From: a virus
Length of the DNA stretch: 64,000 nt
Virus record (IMG/VR): IMGVR_UViG_3300035689_000007
Location: 14,635 to 78,634 of that record
Direction: 5' to 3' (one strand)
The notes under the pieces were generated by a model. It saw only the letters and a program-made list of their open reading frames with translations, was not told the origin of the DNA and did not search any database. Positions 54,541 to 63,999 of the stretch are shown in pieces. Numbering within the stretch: the stretch's first letter is position 1; each line of letters begins with the position of its first letter. Made by a program: the position numbers and the translations under genes.

Positions 54541-55888
54541 TGTTCATCTTGTGTACTGTGATGTGGAAATCCATAGTTTGACCAGCAAACTGACCATTTC
54601 CAGCATAAAACGCTGCCGTAACTTCATCATTGTCAGAAACATAAGCGTGTGTTAATAATAAGTTTTGAACAAAACCAGAAGCTGGAGACATAAAGACCGA
54701 ATACTTATCGGTTGATAAAACTCCAGTAACATCAAATTTTTCTTCATGAGCGTGATGATTGCTTATCACTGGGAGAGTCTTAGTAACTATAGCATCTATT
54801 GGAAATATACCAGAAACAGCTTCAATAAAATCAACCATCTGACCAGACATTGCAACTTGAAAATCTGTAAATTCATCATAAACTCCAGAAATTTCTATAT
54901 CAACATAATCTTTAACTCCACTAACTTGCACCAGAATACTACTGGCGCTGATATCTATTAAATCTTCCAAGTGTCCAGACGCTGATATGAGTTCACCAAC
55001 TGTTGCGTATATACCAGATAAGTCTGGAATATCATCGACAACGAGATTTCTAAATGTTGGATAATCTTCTTCACAGGTTGGACTACATACACCAGTTGGT
55101 CCAGCAAAAACAGTATGAGCATCCTGCTTATTAAGAAGTATATATTGGTTTACGTCTCCACTGACCTGTATAACTAAATGAGAATTTGTTTGTTGATTTA
55201 GTGGCAGTTCACTATCTGTAAGATTGGGAGAAAAATGTACATATTGAGTTCCACCAGAATATGGAGCTTGAGTTAAACCAAGATCGGCATTAGCTCCATT
55301 TAAAGCTTGATAGTGTATACCAGTTGGTCCTACAAAATATCCAGAAGCTCTAACTCTAGATGAATATTCTTCGGCATCCCCGCCAAGATCGACACCATAA
55401 ACGGGATTAGCCTTATTAATACCTAATGCATTTAATGCATTATCAAAAACGAAATTGCTAAAATAATTAAGTACATTTTCAGAATCCCAAACAGCAATGC
55501 CTTTTCTTTGCGGAACATTAAGATTTGGCAATCCAGAACCCATCATGACAGCATGAGTTGCTGGATAAGTAATAAATACTTCTTTTACGCCGGGAGGAAA
55601 ATTGACTATGCTATTATTTGAATTACTAGTTCTGAATGGGTGGCGTTCAAGCTCGTCATATGTAATAGAGTCTTCTGGATCATAGTCTGCTCTTTTGTAA
55701 ATACCAGAGCCTATTTCATATCTAATTCCATCGGTGGCGGCATAAAATACAACCTCTTCGTGTGCGAAAAATCTACTTAATGGACTAAAACCATCAGCAG
55801 CGCCAGCTAATGCAAAATTAATCACACCTTGAGTATAGGTTAACTCTTTAACACGGTCATACAGGTTTATTGCATTTTGTTCTGCCAC
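54530..55888 (-). CDS. virion fibre/appendage protein
   Basis: N-terminal DRVKE...GA.DGF...YEIGSG.Y anchor-like domain, VFAGP...PTFRNLVVDDIP motif, helical Ser-Gly repeat region; GTG start with AGGAG RBS. Confidence 0.6.
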   Translation of the reverse strand: MAEQNAINLYDRVKELTYTQGVINFALAGAADGFSPLSRFFAHEEVVFYAATDGIRYEIGSGIYKRADYDPEDSITYDELERHPFRTSNSNNSIVNFPPGVKEVFITYPATHAVMMGSGLPNLNVPQRKGIAVWDSENVLNYFSNFVFDNALNALGINKANPVYGVDLGGDAEEYSSRVRASGYFVGPTGIHYQALNGANADLGLTQAPYSGGTQYVHFSPNLTDSELPLNQQTNSHLVIQVSGDVNQYILLNKQDAHTVFAGPTGVCSPTCEEDYPTFRNLVVDDIPDLSGIYATVGELISASGHLEDLIDISASSILVQVSGVKDYVDIEISGVYDEFTDFQVAMSGQMVDFIEAVSGIFPIDAIVTKTLPVISNHHAHEEKFDVTGVLSTDKYSVFMSPASGFVQNLLLTHAYVSDNDEVTAAFYAGNGQFAGQTMDFHITVHKMNNVN

Positions 55889-55903
55889 TATTTATCTCCT
55901 TTA

Positions 55904-56884
55904 TTATACTGCTTCATAAGCTATAGTTATATTATGTGCTGGAGGAGTGCTTCCAGAAGGATTACCAAAAACTAGTAGATCATTATATTCAGAATCTACA
56001 TAATCTCCATCTTCTTGTAAGACGTAGAATGTTAGATATTGTGGAGTTCTTTCTGCTATACCAACCGTAACCCTATCGAAATCTCCACCGCCAGTGCTAC
56101 TTGCTCTACCAGTACTTCTCCCAACTGCAACATAGTCATTATTGGCAAACAAGTTGGGCTTGAAATAAATCTTAAATTTGCCAGCAACTGGATTATCATC
56201 AACATCTCTCAATCTTTCAATTTTAGAAATATTGTACGCGCTGTGTACAGAAGCTGTATTTACTTCGCCAACACCAGAAACAGAACTAAAACTTAACCAA
56301 GCTTGGGCTGTAGATCTTCCAGTAGAAATAGTTGTAGCGTCTACATCAAACTCCATAATTGTATTACTGCCAACATGAACAATTTCTGAGGTTGTAGAAA
56401 TCCATTCAAATTGAATTCCATGCCCCGTCAAAGATGCAGTATCTCCACTTGCACGAATCCAATTATTTTCCATTCCAAGATCGCCGGTCATGGTCCTAAC
56501 ACCATTTCTATTTACATACTGTGGGTGATCATCATCATTTAAAGATGATGCAAGTAGTTGGCCGTGATCAATGCCAGTTGGGCCGGGATATGGTTGGACT
56601 TGTATTCCACCACCACCAACTGGATTATTGAATCTGACGCCACTTTCTACAATAAGTATACCACCAGCATCTCCAGCAGTATTAGTTCTAAGATGCACAT
56701 TGCTTATGAATCTAGTTCCAACACTCTCCCAATCGCCACTTGCTACAATGTACGGGATAGAATAAGCAATATCGGCCATATTCTCTCTTACATCTGCTGC
56801 ACTAATTAAGCCAGCATTATTATCAGCAAGATCACTAGTAATATTGTTAACTAATTGGTCAACAGTTTTAGCTATACGAGTCAT
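55904..56884 (-). CDS. virion structural protein with fibre-tip-like C-terminal domain
   Basis: LADNNAGLISAADVR N-terminus, DDDHPQY motif, C-terminal AQAWLSF...YNISKI...GKFKIYF. Confidence 0.6.
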   Translation of the reverse strand: MTRIAKTVDQLVNNITSDLADNNAGLISAADVRENMADIAYSIPYIVASGDWESVGTRFISNVHLRTNTAGDAGGILIVESGVRFNNPVGGGGIQVQPYPGPTGIDHGQLLASSLNDDDHPQYVNRNGVRTMTGDLGMENNWIRASGDTASLTGHGIQFEWISTTSEIVHVGSNTIMEFDVDATTISTGRSTAQAWLSFSSVSGVGEVNTASVHSAYNISKIERLRDVDDNPVAGKFKIYFKPNLFANNDYVAVGRSTGRASSTGGGDFDRVTVGIAERTPQYLTFYVLQEDGDYVDSEYNDLLVFGNPSGSTPPAHNITIAYEAV

Positions 56885-56895
56885 TTATCTCTCCT

Positions 56896-57417
56896 TTAAT
56901 AATTAAAATATCCACCCCGATGATCATGTTCGCCATAATTTCTTGTTATAAACTCGCTACCCGGAGCATATGGACCAAGTATCGCGTGTCCAGCAATACT
57001 GCTTCCTGCTCGATAGTCTAACATAGCAGATTCGAATTTATCACACAAGTCTTTGTACAAGACGGTTAGTGTACCAGCCACACCTCTAAGATCTATGGCG
57101 CTTGGACCATCTTTAATTGAAATAGCATTTGAAGCCTCTAGTCTAATTTCGCTGCCTATAATTACACATGCGGTTTTGAGACATGTAAGAATCACAAAGT
57201 CTGTATCTTTTGCACTTTCTTCAGTTGGGTCTGGAGTAATGTCACATTTTTCTACATTTATGTTATAGTCGTTTGGAAAATCTGCTTCATTTGCAACCAG
57301 ATAAGCTGATACTAGTATACTTGTTTCTATTCTTTTATCACTATATTTATAGTTAGAATAATCTAAGTCATTTATTAGATGACGAACTATAGTAGACATT
57401 TGACCTTGCCAACTCAT
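56896..57417 (-). CDS. head-tail connector/adaptor-like protein
   Basis: IVRHLINDLD...YSDKRI pattern typical of gp15/gp6-type adaptors; synteny. Confidence 0.5.
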   Translation of the reverse strand: MSWQGQMSTIVRHLINDLDYSNYKYSDKRIETSILVSAYLVANEADFPNDYNINVEKCDITPDPTEESAKDTDFVILTCLKTACVIIGSEIRLEASNAISIKDGPSAIDLRGVAGTLTVLYKDLCDKFESAMLDYRAGSSIAGHAILGPYAPGSEFITRNYGEHDHRGGYFNY

Positions 57418-57426
57418 TTTGTCACC

Positions 57427-57732
57427 TTATAAATTACAATGGACTTGAAAAGTATATATATCGGTATAATATGTGCCGCTTGGCAGATAGACTTTTGCTT
57501 GTAGTTTGTGCATTCCAGAGTCAGTCAAGTCTCCCGGTAAAGTATCGTAATATACTTTGCCATCGACTCCGTTTGTCAAAAACGTCCCAACTCGGTAAAA
57601 TACTTCGTCGTTTGGACGGCGAAAAATCATCTGGATTTGAGCAGCGCTAGATAAGTCTACAGTAGTGCCATTGTCTTGGACCGTAGCCAAGAACCTAGTA
57701 CCCACATCGTTAATGTGTATCTCGTTTGGCAT
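57427..57732 (-). CDS. BppU N-terminal-like Ig-fold structural protein
   Basis: NDVGTRF..TVQD...VDLS.A...F.RP...DGKVYY...DL..SG..KLQ. Confidence 0.6.
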   Translation of the reverse strand: MPNEIHINDVGTRFLATVQDNGTTVDLSSAAQIQMIFRRPNDEVFYRVGTFLTNGVDGKVYYDTLPGDLTDSGMHKLQAKVYLPSGTYYTDIYTFQVHCNL

Positions 57733-57792
57733 TTTACCTCTTTAGTACGCAGCTTATTAAGGAAGAAATATTGAGTGTCACTTCTATGACAT

Positions 57793-57966
57793 TCATAATA
57801 TTACAGTCCTATCTCTGTCTATATTAAGAATAAACGTACTTACTTGGTTTATGTTGCTATGTAGGCTCTCTATCTGGTTTACACTAAGTATAAAGCCAAA
57901 TACCTCACCGTTATGGTACACTGTGTCTGATGTACTAAAAGGTAAGAAACTGAAGAATCCAAACAT
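57793..57966 (-). CDS. small hypothetical protein (57 aa, not in ORF track)
   Basis: MFGFFSFLPFSTSDTVYHNGEVFGFILSVNQ...VIL*; fills gap in the operon. Confidence 0.55.
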   Translation of the reverse strand: MFGFFSFLPFSTSDTVYHNGEVFGFILSVNQIESLHSNINQVSTFILNIDRDRTVIL

Positions 57967-57989
57967 TTATACACTATTATCCATAGGGA

Positions 57990-58160
57990 TTAACTATCTT
58001 TTTTTTCTTCTGGTTGAGACATAGACTCATTTACTCTCTTTAGCTTTTCATAAAGCTGACCAACTGGCGCTAAATCCGCCGCTTTGAAAACACCCCTTTG
58101 GGTAGACATGTCCACGATTGCCATTAGATTTTGAATATCTGTCTGATTTAAATGTTCCAT
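57990..58160 (-). CDS. small conserved-type phage protein (56 aa, not in ORF track)
   Basis: MEHLNQTDIQNLMAIVDMSTQRGVFKAADLAPVGQLYEKL...; AAAGGAG RBS; RG.FK..E/D...VG.LY.KL pattern recalled from large viruses. Confidence 0.7.
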   Translation of the reverse strand: MEHLNQTDIQNLMAIVDMSTQRGVFKAADLAPVGQLYEKLKRVNESMSQPEEKKDS

Positions 58161-58182
58161 TTTCTTTCTCCTTTGTTGAAAA

Positions 58183-58503
58183 TTATTCCTGAGTTGGTGC
58201 TACGATACCCTTTTCAACACCAACCTTCTGTATATATAATAGTAGTGATTGGATAATATTTGCAAGGTCTGGATCTTCAGAACTTTTGGATAAAATACCA
58301 TCAATATTCATCCATACCCCATTACTGCCCGGTTCAGTTTCTGGAACACCGTCAAATACTCCAAATTTGACCATTCTAACAGAGCATGTGGCATCTTGAG
58401 CCGGATGAGGCGCACTAATCATCACATCTTGAATCCACAATTTATCGTAGGTTTTTGCTGGAATTACGCTTGGTTCAACTGGTGCTAATACTGGTAAACT
58501 CAT
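58183..58503 (-). CDS. hypothetical protein (fibre-associated)
   Basis: 106 aa, GAGGAG RBS. Confidence 0.6.
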   Translation of the reverse strand: MSLPVLAPVEPSVIPAKTYDKLWIQDVMISAPHPAQDATCSVRMVKFGVFDGVPETEPGSNGVWMNIDGILSKSSEDPDLANIIQSLLLYIQKVGVEKGIVAPTQE

Positions 58504-58507
58504 AAAA

Positions 58508-59083
58508 TTACTCCTCTATAAAATTGGGTGGAATATTTACTTCTCTTAAATCATCTGTATTTTTTGCATGTTCTATTCTTGGATCTTGTGTAATATCTCT
58601 TAAAAATTGTTTTTTCTTGGAAACTTTTTCAAGATTTTTAGTATCATTACGTTCCAATGATCTAATGTATTGAACATCTAAAGCTTCTAGTATCGGTTTT
58701 CTTTGTTCTCGTAATATATCTTTCCAAATATTTTTAGCTTTATTCATATTTATGATTATTTTTTTAGTTTTGTTCTTTTTCATTTCTTCATATATAATGT
58801 TATTATCAAATTTATTCTTTTGTTTATATTCTAACCATTCAGCATGACCGCCCGCTGAAAGCCCAATTCCATCTGGATTATAACTAGTATCTAATTCCCA
58901 ACTATCAAAAAAATATGTTCCATCTTTTGACGATGGAAAAGAATCTATTTGCGCATCAAATATATAGAACGGCACACCCGATGGAACAGCGCTCATAACA
59001 CAATCAATAAAATCGTATTGCTCAGATGCTGCCCCCACATTAAGAATTCCATTATCGGTAAAAGCAAAAAATTTCTGTCCCAT
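58508..59083 (-). CDS. tail fibre assembly/chaperone protein
   Basis: VPSGVPFYI...FFDSWE and INMNKAKNIWKDILREQRKPILEALD...KQFLRDIT; directly downstream of the fibre. Confidence 0.65.
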   Translation of the reverse strand: MGQKFFAFTDNGILNVGAASEQYDFIDCVMSAVPSGVPFYIFDAQIDSFPSSKDGTYFFDSWELDTSYNPDGIGLSAGGHAEWLEYKQKNKFDNNIIYEEMKKNKTKKIIINMNKAKNIWKDILREQRKPILEALDVQYIRSLERNDTKNLEKVSKKKQFLRDITQDPRIEHAKNTDDLREVNIPPNFIEE

Positions 59084-62000
59084 TAATTACCTCCTGCTAT
59101 ACATGTTGAAACATCTGTAGCCCAAGTTCCGGCTCCAGCAACTGTCTGTGTACCAATTACATAAGAAGAAGTAGATATGCTAGACTGTGCGTAAAATGTA
59201 CTTCCAACATTTGCGGAAGAAAATACTGAATATGTAGTATTCGAAACAGCTCCAGCAGCAAGATTAATTTGAAATTTTCCAGTACCTGCATGGACTCCAG
59301 TTGCTCTAATGACACTAGTAACATTATAGCTTCCAAAAAGTGATATTGGGTTGTTAGTAGATCCATTAAAACTAACATATGCATTTAATGAACCTTGTTT
59401 TGGAGTAACATATGTCGTATAATTAGAAGTATCAAGCACAGTGGCTATTGTACCACCACCGTAGCTTTGTTTACTAATATAAAATGCTCCACCAGCCCAA
59501 TACCACTGCCAACCAACTCCATTAATATGGATGCCTGTATTATTAGAATTAATCATTAAACTAGCATTATATGGACTTGAATCAAACTCTAAACCAGCCC
59601 AGCCATTTCTTGTTCCGGCTATTCTCCAAGATCCATAACTAGCATTATTAGGATAAAAATGCGCCCCATTTAATGGAGAATACAATCCACTATGATTCGT
59701 AAATTCTATCCATTCTCTACTATAGCACCTTCCACTGGTATCCCATCCGATTGGCATATTAACTCTACCGCCCGGATCTATTCTGAATCTTTCTGTTCCC
59801 CATTGAGTATTTCCACCATCTTCCCAAATAGCATATCCATGACTAGTTCCTCCCTGTATACCAGCAGCCCACCACTTTACAGATCCCTTATGATGCCATA
59901 ATCTTGGACCATCTTGTGTTCCACCTCCGTCTGTTCTAAGCTCCATAGTGCATCCATATTGACCCCATCCACCAACTGCTTCCAAAGCTTCTATAGTACC
60001 ACCATAACAAGATACTCGACCAAGTTGGCTAAACCCATTGGGATCAAGATATCTACTAAGGTCTTGCGAATCATAAAATATAGGAGCATACATAGCAACA
60101 TCGTTAGCCCAAGAACCATCATCATAACACCATGATCCCCACCCGCCAGACTGATTCAAAAATCCTATTCTGTTACTGTTACAATGTATTTGTCTTTCGC
60201 CTTCATCGCTATCTCTCATTCTTATGATAGAACTTGTTACTCCGTCACCAACATATAAATCTGAGCCTGTAATTACTAAAGCTGCAAATCTGCTAGTTCC
60301 ATTAGGATCGCAATAAAAATTAGTATCTTGACTATCATAAAATATTGGCGCTCTTAAACTAGATCCGGCCTGTAAACTATTATTAACATAAACATTAGTT
60401 GCGCCGAGAGGATCAGCACTATTATTTATACTCATCACCTGAGTACTCATATCATGGTCTGTATAGAACCTAATACCATTATAAGTAGCATTTGCCCCTA
60501 TTTTAATTCCAGTATGAAAACCTATTCTTAAATCTGGGAATGGACTAGTCCAAGCACCAGCCTCTCTATAAATTGCATAACCGGTATCGGTTGCTCCATT
60601 AAAAAACAATCCAAAACTAGTATCTGTACTAACAGCATCGATATTTGTGTATCTTTTAGCATAAACATATCCGTTTGACGCTGTTATACCAGCAGTTCCA
60701 GTAGTAAAATATGATCCAACAGCAATATCTCCACCCACATAAAGATTACTGCCCTGTCCCACATTTCCAATTTGCACATGGTTAGCACCATTACCAAATT
60801 GTAACCATAAATGCTCGCTTGATGTGCTTCCAGAAGCTTTACCCCAAATATGTCGCACTTGTAATCGTCCATCTCCATCATTACCAATACTTAGCGCTGG
60901 AACACTATCATTCCAAGCTCTAGTACTTTTAATCCAAGCTGATCCGGCGCTATCTATTCTCATAGCCTCCGCATATCCGGCCCTAGCAAAAACTATAGAA
61001 CCTGTTGTGTTACTACTACCCAAACCCAACACAAGATTACTACCATTAATTAATTCTATTAATCTGGTTTGATTAGCTGATTGATCTAATAATGTAGCAG
61101 CAGTTTGTGTTTCATCATAGTGTACTAGTTCTCCACCATTTTCATTATATACAAATGCTGATGATAAATTGCCTGCATTAGTTCTAATTTCTAAATTTCC
61201 ACCACTAGTTATTCTTAATCTTTCAACATCAGCACTAGAAGCACTACCAGCAGTTTTAGTTCTGAATGTTATATGGCTACTAAAGTTTCCATCATCTATG
61301 CATCTTATTGATGCTGGAGCGGCCACTGTCCATGATGGATAGTATGTTCCAAATCTTATCTGAGAATATGCTCCACCGCCAGATGCTGTGGTACTAATTA
61401 GTAAACCATCAAATGTTGAAGATGTTCCAGCGATATGTAATTTAGAAGCTGGACTGCTAGTACCTATTCCAACACTTCCTCCAACCAACAAATCTCCAGA
61501 TCCTTGTAATATACTGACTTTAGCATATGCTGTTCTAGTACTGCCCGACCTGTTAATTACAGAATATGATCTTAAATTATTAGTGCTATCTCCAGAAGTA
61601 AAATCAAAACGATCATTTGAATTGTCGTGATAAATTCCCCATTCAGCATATGGTTCATAATCAGCAAAAATTGCAGTCCATCCTTCTCCTGTTAATTCTT
61701 GTATTGCTATCGATGCACCAGTAGATGCTGTAGAACTAGCTGTTACTAATAATGCGCTATTATTAGCATATCCGGATCTAATATTACCATTAAAAACATC
61801 TAATTTATATGACGGATTAGTTGTTCCAATACCAACATTACCCCCCACTTGCAGTACCAAATTATTCCATGCACTTCCACCGGCACTTAAAGCACCAATA
61901 GCACTATAGGTATTTCCGGTGGATGCTCCGTTATATATTGCTAGTAAAGACCCAGTAGTTCCAAATACAAAATCTGTTGTAGTCTTATATATTTCTCCAC

Positions 62001-63999
62001 CACGAACATCTAATATATTAGATGGATTATTTGTCCCTATACCAACTCTACCAAGACTAGTTATCCTCATCTTTTCATTACTAGCGCTATTACCACTTGA
62101 TCCAGCACAAAACACAAGATCTGTTGGTATGCTAGTAGTTGTGACTGTTCCATTTATTAATCCAAATATTGCTGTGTGTTCCATGTAGGAAGTACCATTA
62201 TATCCTTCAAATGATATTTGACCAACATAATTACCATTTGCTGATATTGTTCTACTACCTACTGTTCCGTTGGCGTGTTGTAATCTAATATGTGGTCTAC
62301 CCCCACCAACTCTACCGCTATGTATGCCCTCTCCGGTTCCTAAGATATGTAAGAACGTTGTTGGACTAGTACTTCCTATACCAACATTTCCTGCTTCTGT
62401 TATTCTTAATATTTCTGACCAAGTGGATAAGTTACTTCTTTGTTGAAAAACCAATGGAACAGATCCTGCCCCCGCATCAAGATTAGCTATTCTCCATCCC
62501 CAACCATTGTTGCTTGACGCATTAACAAACTCTAAACCTCCACTAGCATTTAAAGAACCAGAGGACATTGGTCCTATTCTTAGTGATCCACCGTATGTGG
62601 CACTAGTTGATGATGAATTTAGTGCTAAAACGCTTCCATCAAAAGATAGATTACTTTCAGCATTAATACCAGTAGTTGTTCCATCGCTAGTTAATAATCT
62701 ATTATCACCATAATTTGAAATAACGGTTCCACCACCACCTCCACTAACACCAGTATATGCTATTGTTAAAGTATTAGCATTATCATCATAACTAACATTA
62801 ATACCACTAGTTCCAACTAATAAATTGTTTACTCTGTCATCAACAGCTTCATTCCAATTAGTAATATCGGTATTTAAATGAATATGACCAGATAAACTTA
62901 CTCCAGTATTGTTAACGCTTAATGATGTAAAGTTACCACTAGTAGCAGATAATAGTCCATTATTAATGGTTAATCCATTTGTAAATGTATGATCAGCACT
63001 AATAGTTCTGGCTTCATTTATATGAACATATTGAGTATGATCATCGTCACCCAAGCCGAATAAATTACCGTGATCATTTTGTGGTACACCATAAGTAGTT
63101 GTAAGAACGCTTCGTCTTAAGTCTAATATGCTTTGTAAACTACTTTTTGGAGTATTGGTAAAAGTATTATTTGTTAAGAAAATTAATCTGTATAATGGTC
63201 GTAGCTCATTTGTTGGAATATTTGTCAGGTTAATATCGGTCCAGTTATTATGATTTTCCGCACTACCCAAGCTGCTATCTTCTCTTTGTCCCATAATTGA
63301 CAATATAGGATCATTAATATCATTTGTGGCAACAAGCCACATTGCAAAATATCTATTATTTGGAACATTAATAACTGACCAAGTTCCACCAGAATATAAA
63401 TTATATAATGCCCTTGTAGCATTGTATTTAACTGGATATGGTGTTGAAGAATCTCTTACCCACTGACCAGTAACACCACTATGATAATATACTGGAAAGT
63501 ATCCAGTTGGATATAATTGTTGAGTAAATTCAATTCCATTATCACCATCAGCAATATTAATAACTATATCTTCTTGATAAAGAGTTCCATCACTAATACT
63601 AATTTGAGCATGACTATTCGAACTACCATCGCCTAATAAAATATAATTACCAATACTGAGGCCGTTGATATATTGCATACCAAAAGTATTGTGAATCCAC
63701 TTATGAGTGGAACTGTCCATTCTTATACCATGACGTTCTTCTCCAAAAAACGTACTTTGGTTAATATCACCATTCCAGTGAATATATCCAATTGGTACAT
63801 CTGTATCAAAATTAAATTCTGTAGTTTTATTGTGTAGTTGCTTAGTTGCTACATCAAAATGTAAATAATTTAATGCTGTACCACTACCAATGACAACTGT
63901 CTCAGGTGCTGTCTTAGTAAATTTTACTCCCTCGATATAAACATCATAACTAGAACCACTTGGTTGAATGGTAAAAGTTCTAGTAGAGTCATTAAAACT
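59083..63999 (-). CDS. long tail fibre protein (5' end outside window)
   Basis: Frame stays open from 63720 to the window edge; four GxVGIG(T/S)xxP..L repeats, two APIFYDSQD..Y.DPNG repeats, C-terminal AYVSFNG..SYNVTSV domain. Confidence 0.88.
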   Translation of the reverse strand, partial: SFNDSTRTFTIQPSGSSYDVYIEGVKFTKTAPETVVIGSGTALNYLHFDVATKQLHNKTTEFNFDTDVPIGYIHWNGDINQSTFFGEERHGIRMDSSTHKWIHNTFGMQYINGLSIGNYILLGDGSSNSHAQISISDGTLYQEDIVINIADGDNGIEFTQQLYPTGYFPVYYHSGVTGQWVRDSSTPYPVKYNATRALYNLYSGGTWSVINVPNNRYFAMWLVATNDINDPILSIMGQREDSSLGSAENHNNWTDINLTNIPTNELRPLYRLIFLTNNTFTNTPKSSLQSILDLRRSVLTTTYGVPQNDHGNLFGLGDDDHTQYVHINEARTISADHTFTNGLTINNGLLSATSGNFTSLSVNNTGVSLSGHIHLNTDITNWNEAVDDRVNNLLVGTSGINVSYDDNANTLTIAYTGVSGGGGGTVISNYGDNRLLTSDGTTTGINAESNLSFDGSVLALNSSSTSATYGGSLRIGPMSSGSLNASGGLEFVNASSNNGWGWRIANLDAGAGSVPLVFQQRSNLSTWSEILRITEAGNVGIGSTSPTTFLHILGTGEGIHSGRVGGGRPHIRLQHANGTVGSRTISANGNYVGQISFEGYNGTSYMEHTAIFGLINGTVTTTSIPTDLVFCAGSSGNSASNEKMRITSLGRVGIGTNNPSNILDVRGGEIYKTTTDFVFGTTGSLLAIYNGASTGNTYSAIGALSAGGSAWNNLVLQVGGNVGIGTTNPSYKLDVFNGNIRSGYANNSALLVTASSTASTGASIAIQELTGEGWTAIFADYEPYAEWGIYHDNSNDRFDFTSGDSTNNLRSYSVINRSGSTRTAYAKVSILQGSGDLLVGGSVGIGTSSPASKLHIAGTSSTFDGLLISTTASGGGAYSQIRFGTYYPSWTVAAPASIRCIDDGNFSSHITFRTKTAGSASSADVERLRITSGGNLEIRTNAGNLSSAFVYNENGGELVHYDETQTAATLLDQSANQTRLIELINGSNLVLGLGSSNTTGSIVFARAGYAEAMRIDSAGSAWIKSTRAWNDSVPALSIGNDGDGRLQVRHIWGKASGSTSSEHLWLQFGNGANHVQIGNVGQGSNLYVGGDIAVGSYFTTGTAGITASNGYVYAKRYTNIDAVSTDTSFGLFFNGATDTGYAIYREAGAWTSPFPDLRIGFHTGIKIGANATYNGIRFYTDHDMSTQVMSINNSADPLGATNVYVNNSLQAGSSLRAPIFYDSQDTNFYCDPNGTSRFAALVITGSDLYVGDGVTSSIIRMRDSDEGERQIHCNSNRIGFLNQSGGWGSWCYDDGSWANDVAMYAPIFYDSQDLSRYLDPNGFSQLGRVSCYGGTIEALEAVGGWGQYGCTMELRTDGGGTQDGPRLWHHKGSVKWWAAGIQGGTSHGYAIWEDGGNTQWGTERFRIDPGGRVNMPIGWDTSGRCYSREWIEFTNHSGLYSPLNGAHFYPNNASYGSWRIAGTRNGWAGLEFDSSPYNASLMINSNNTGIHINGVGWQWYWAGGAFYISKQSYGGGTIATVLDTSNYTTYVTPKQGSLNAYVSFNGSTNNPISLFGSYNVTSVIRATGVHAGTGKFQINLAAGAVSNTTYSVFSSANVGSTFYAQSSISTSSYVIGTQTVAGAGTWATDVSTCIAGGN

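Noticed and set aside
49232-57732. Contractile tail sheath or capsid/portal/terminase genes
   Set aside because: No recognisable sheath, portal, terminase or capsid motifs; head genes presumably lie outside the window
59083-59500. Diversity-generating retroelement target in the fibre tip
   Set aside because: No reverse transcriptase and no adenine-variant template repeat seen in this window
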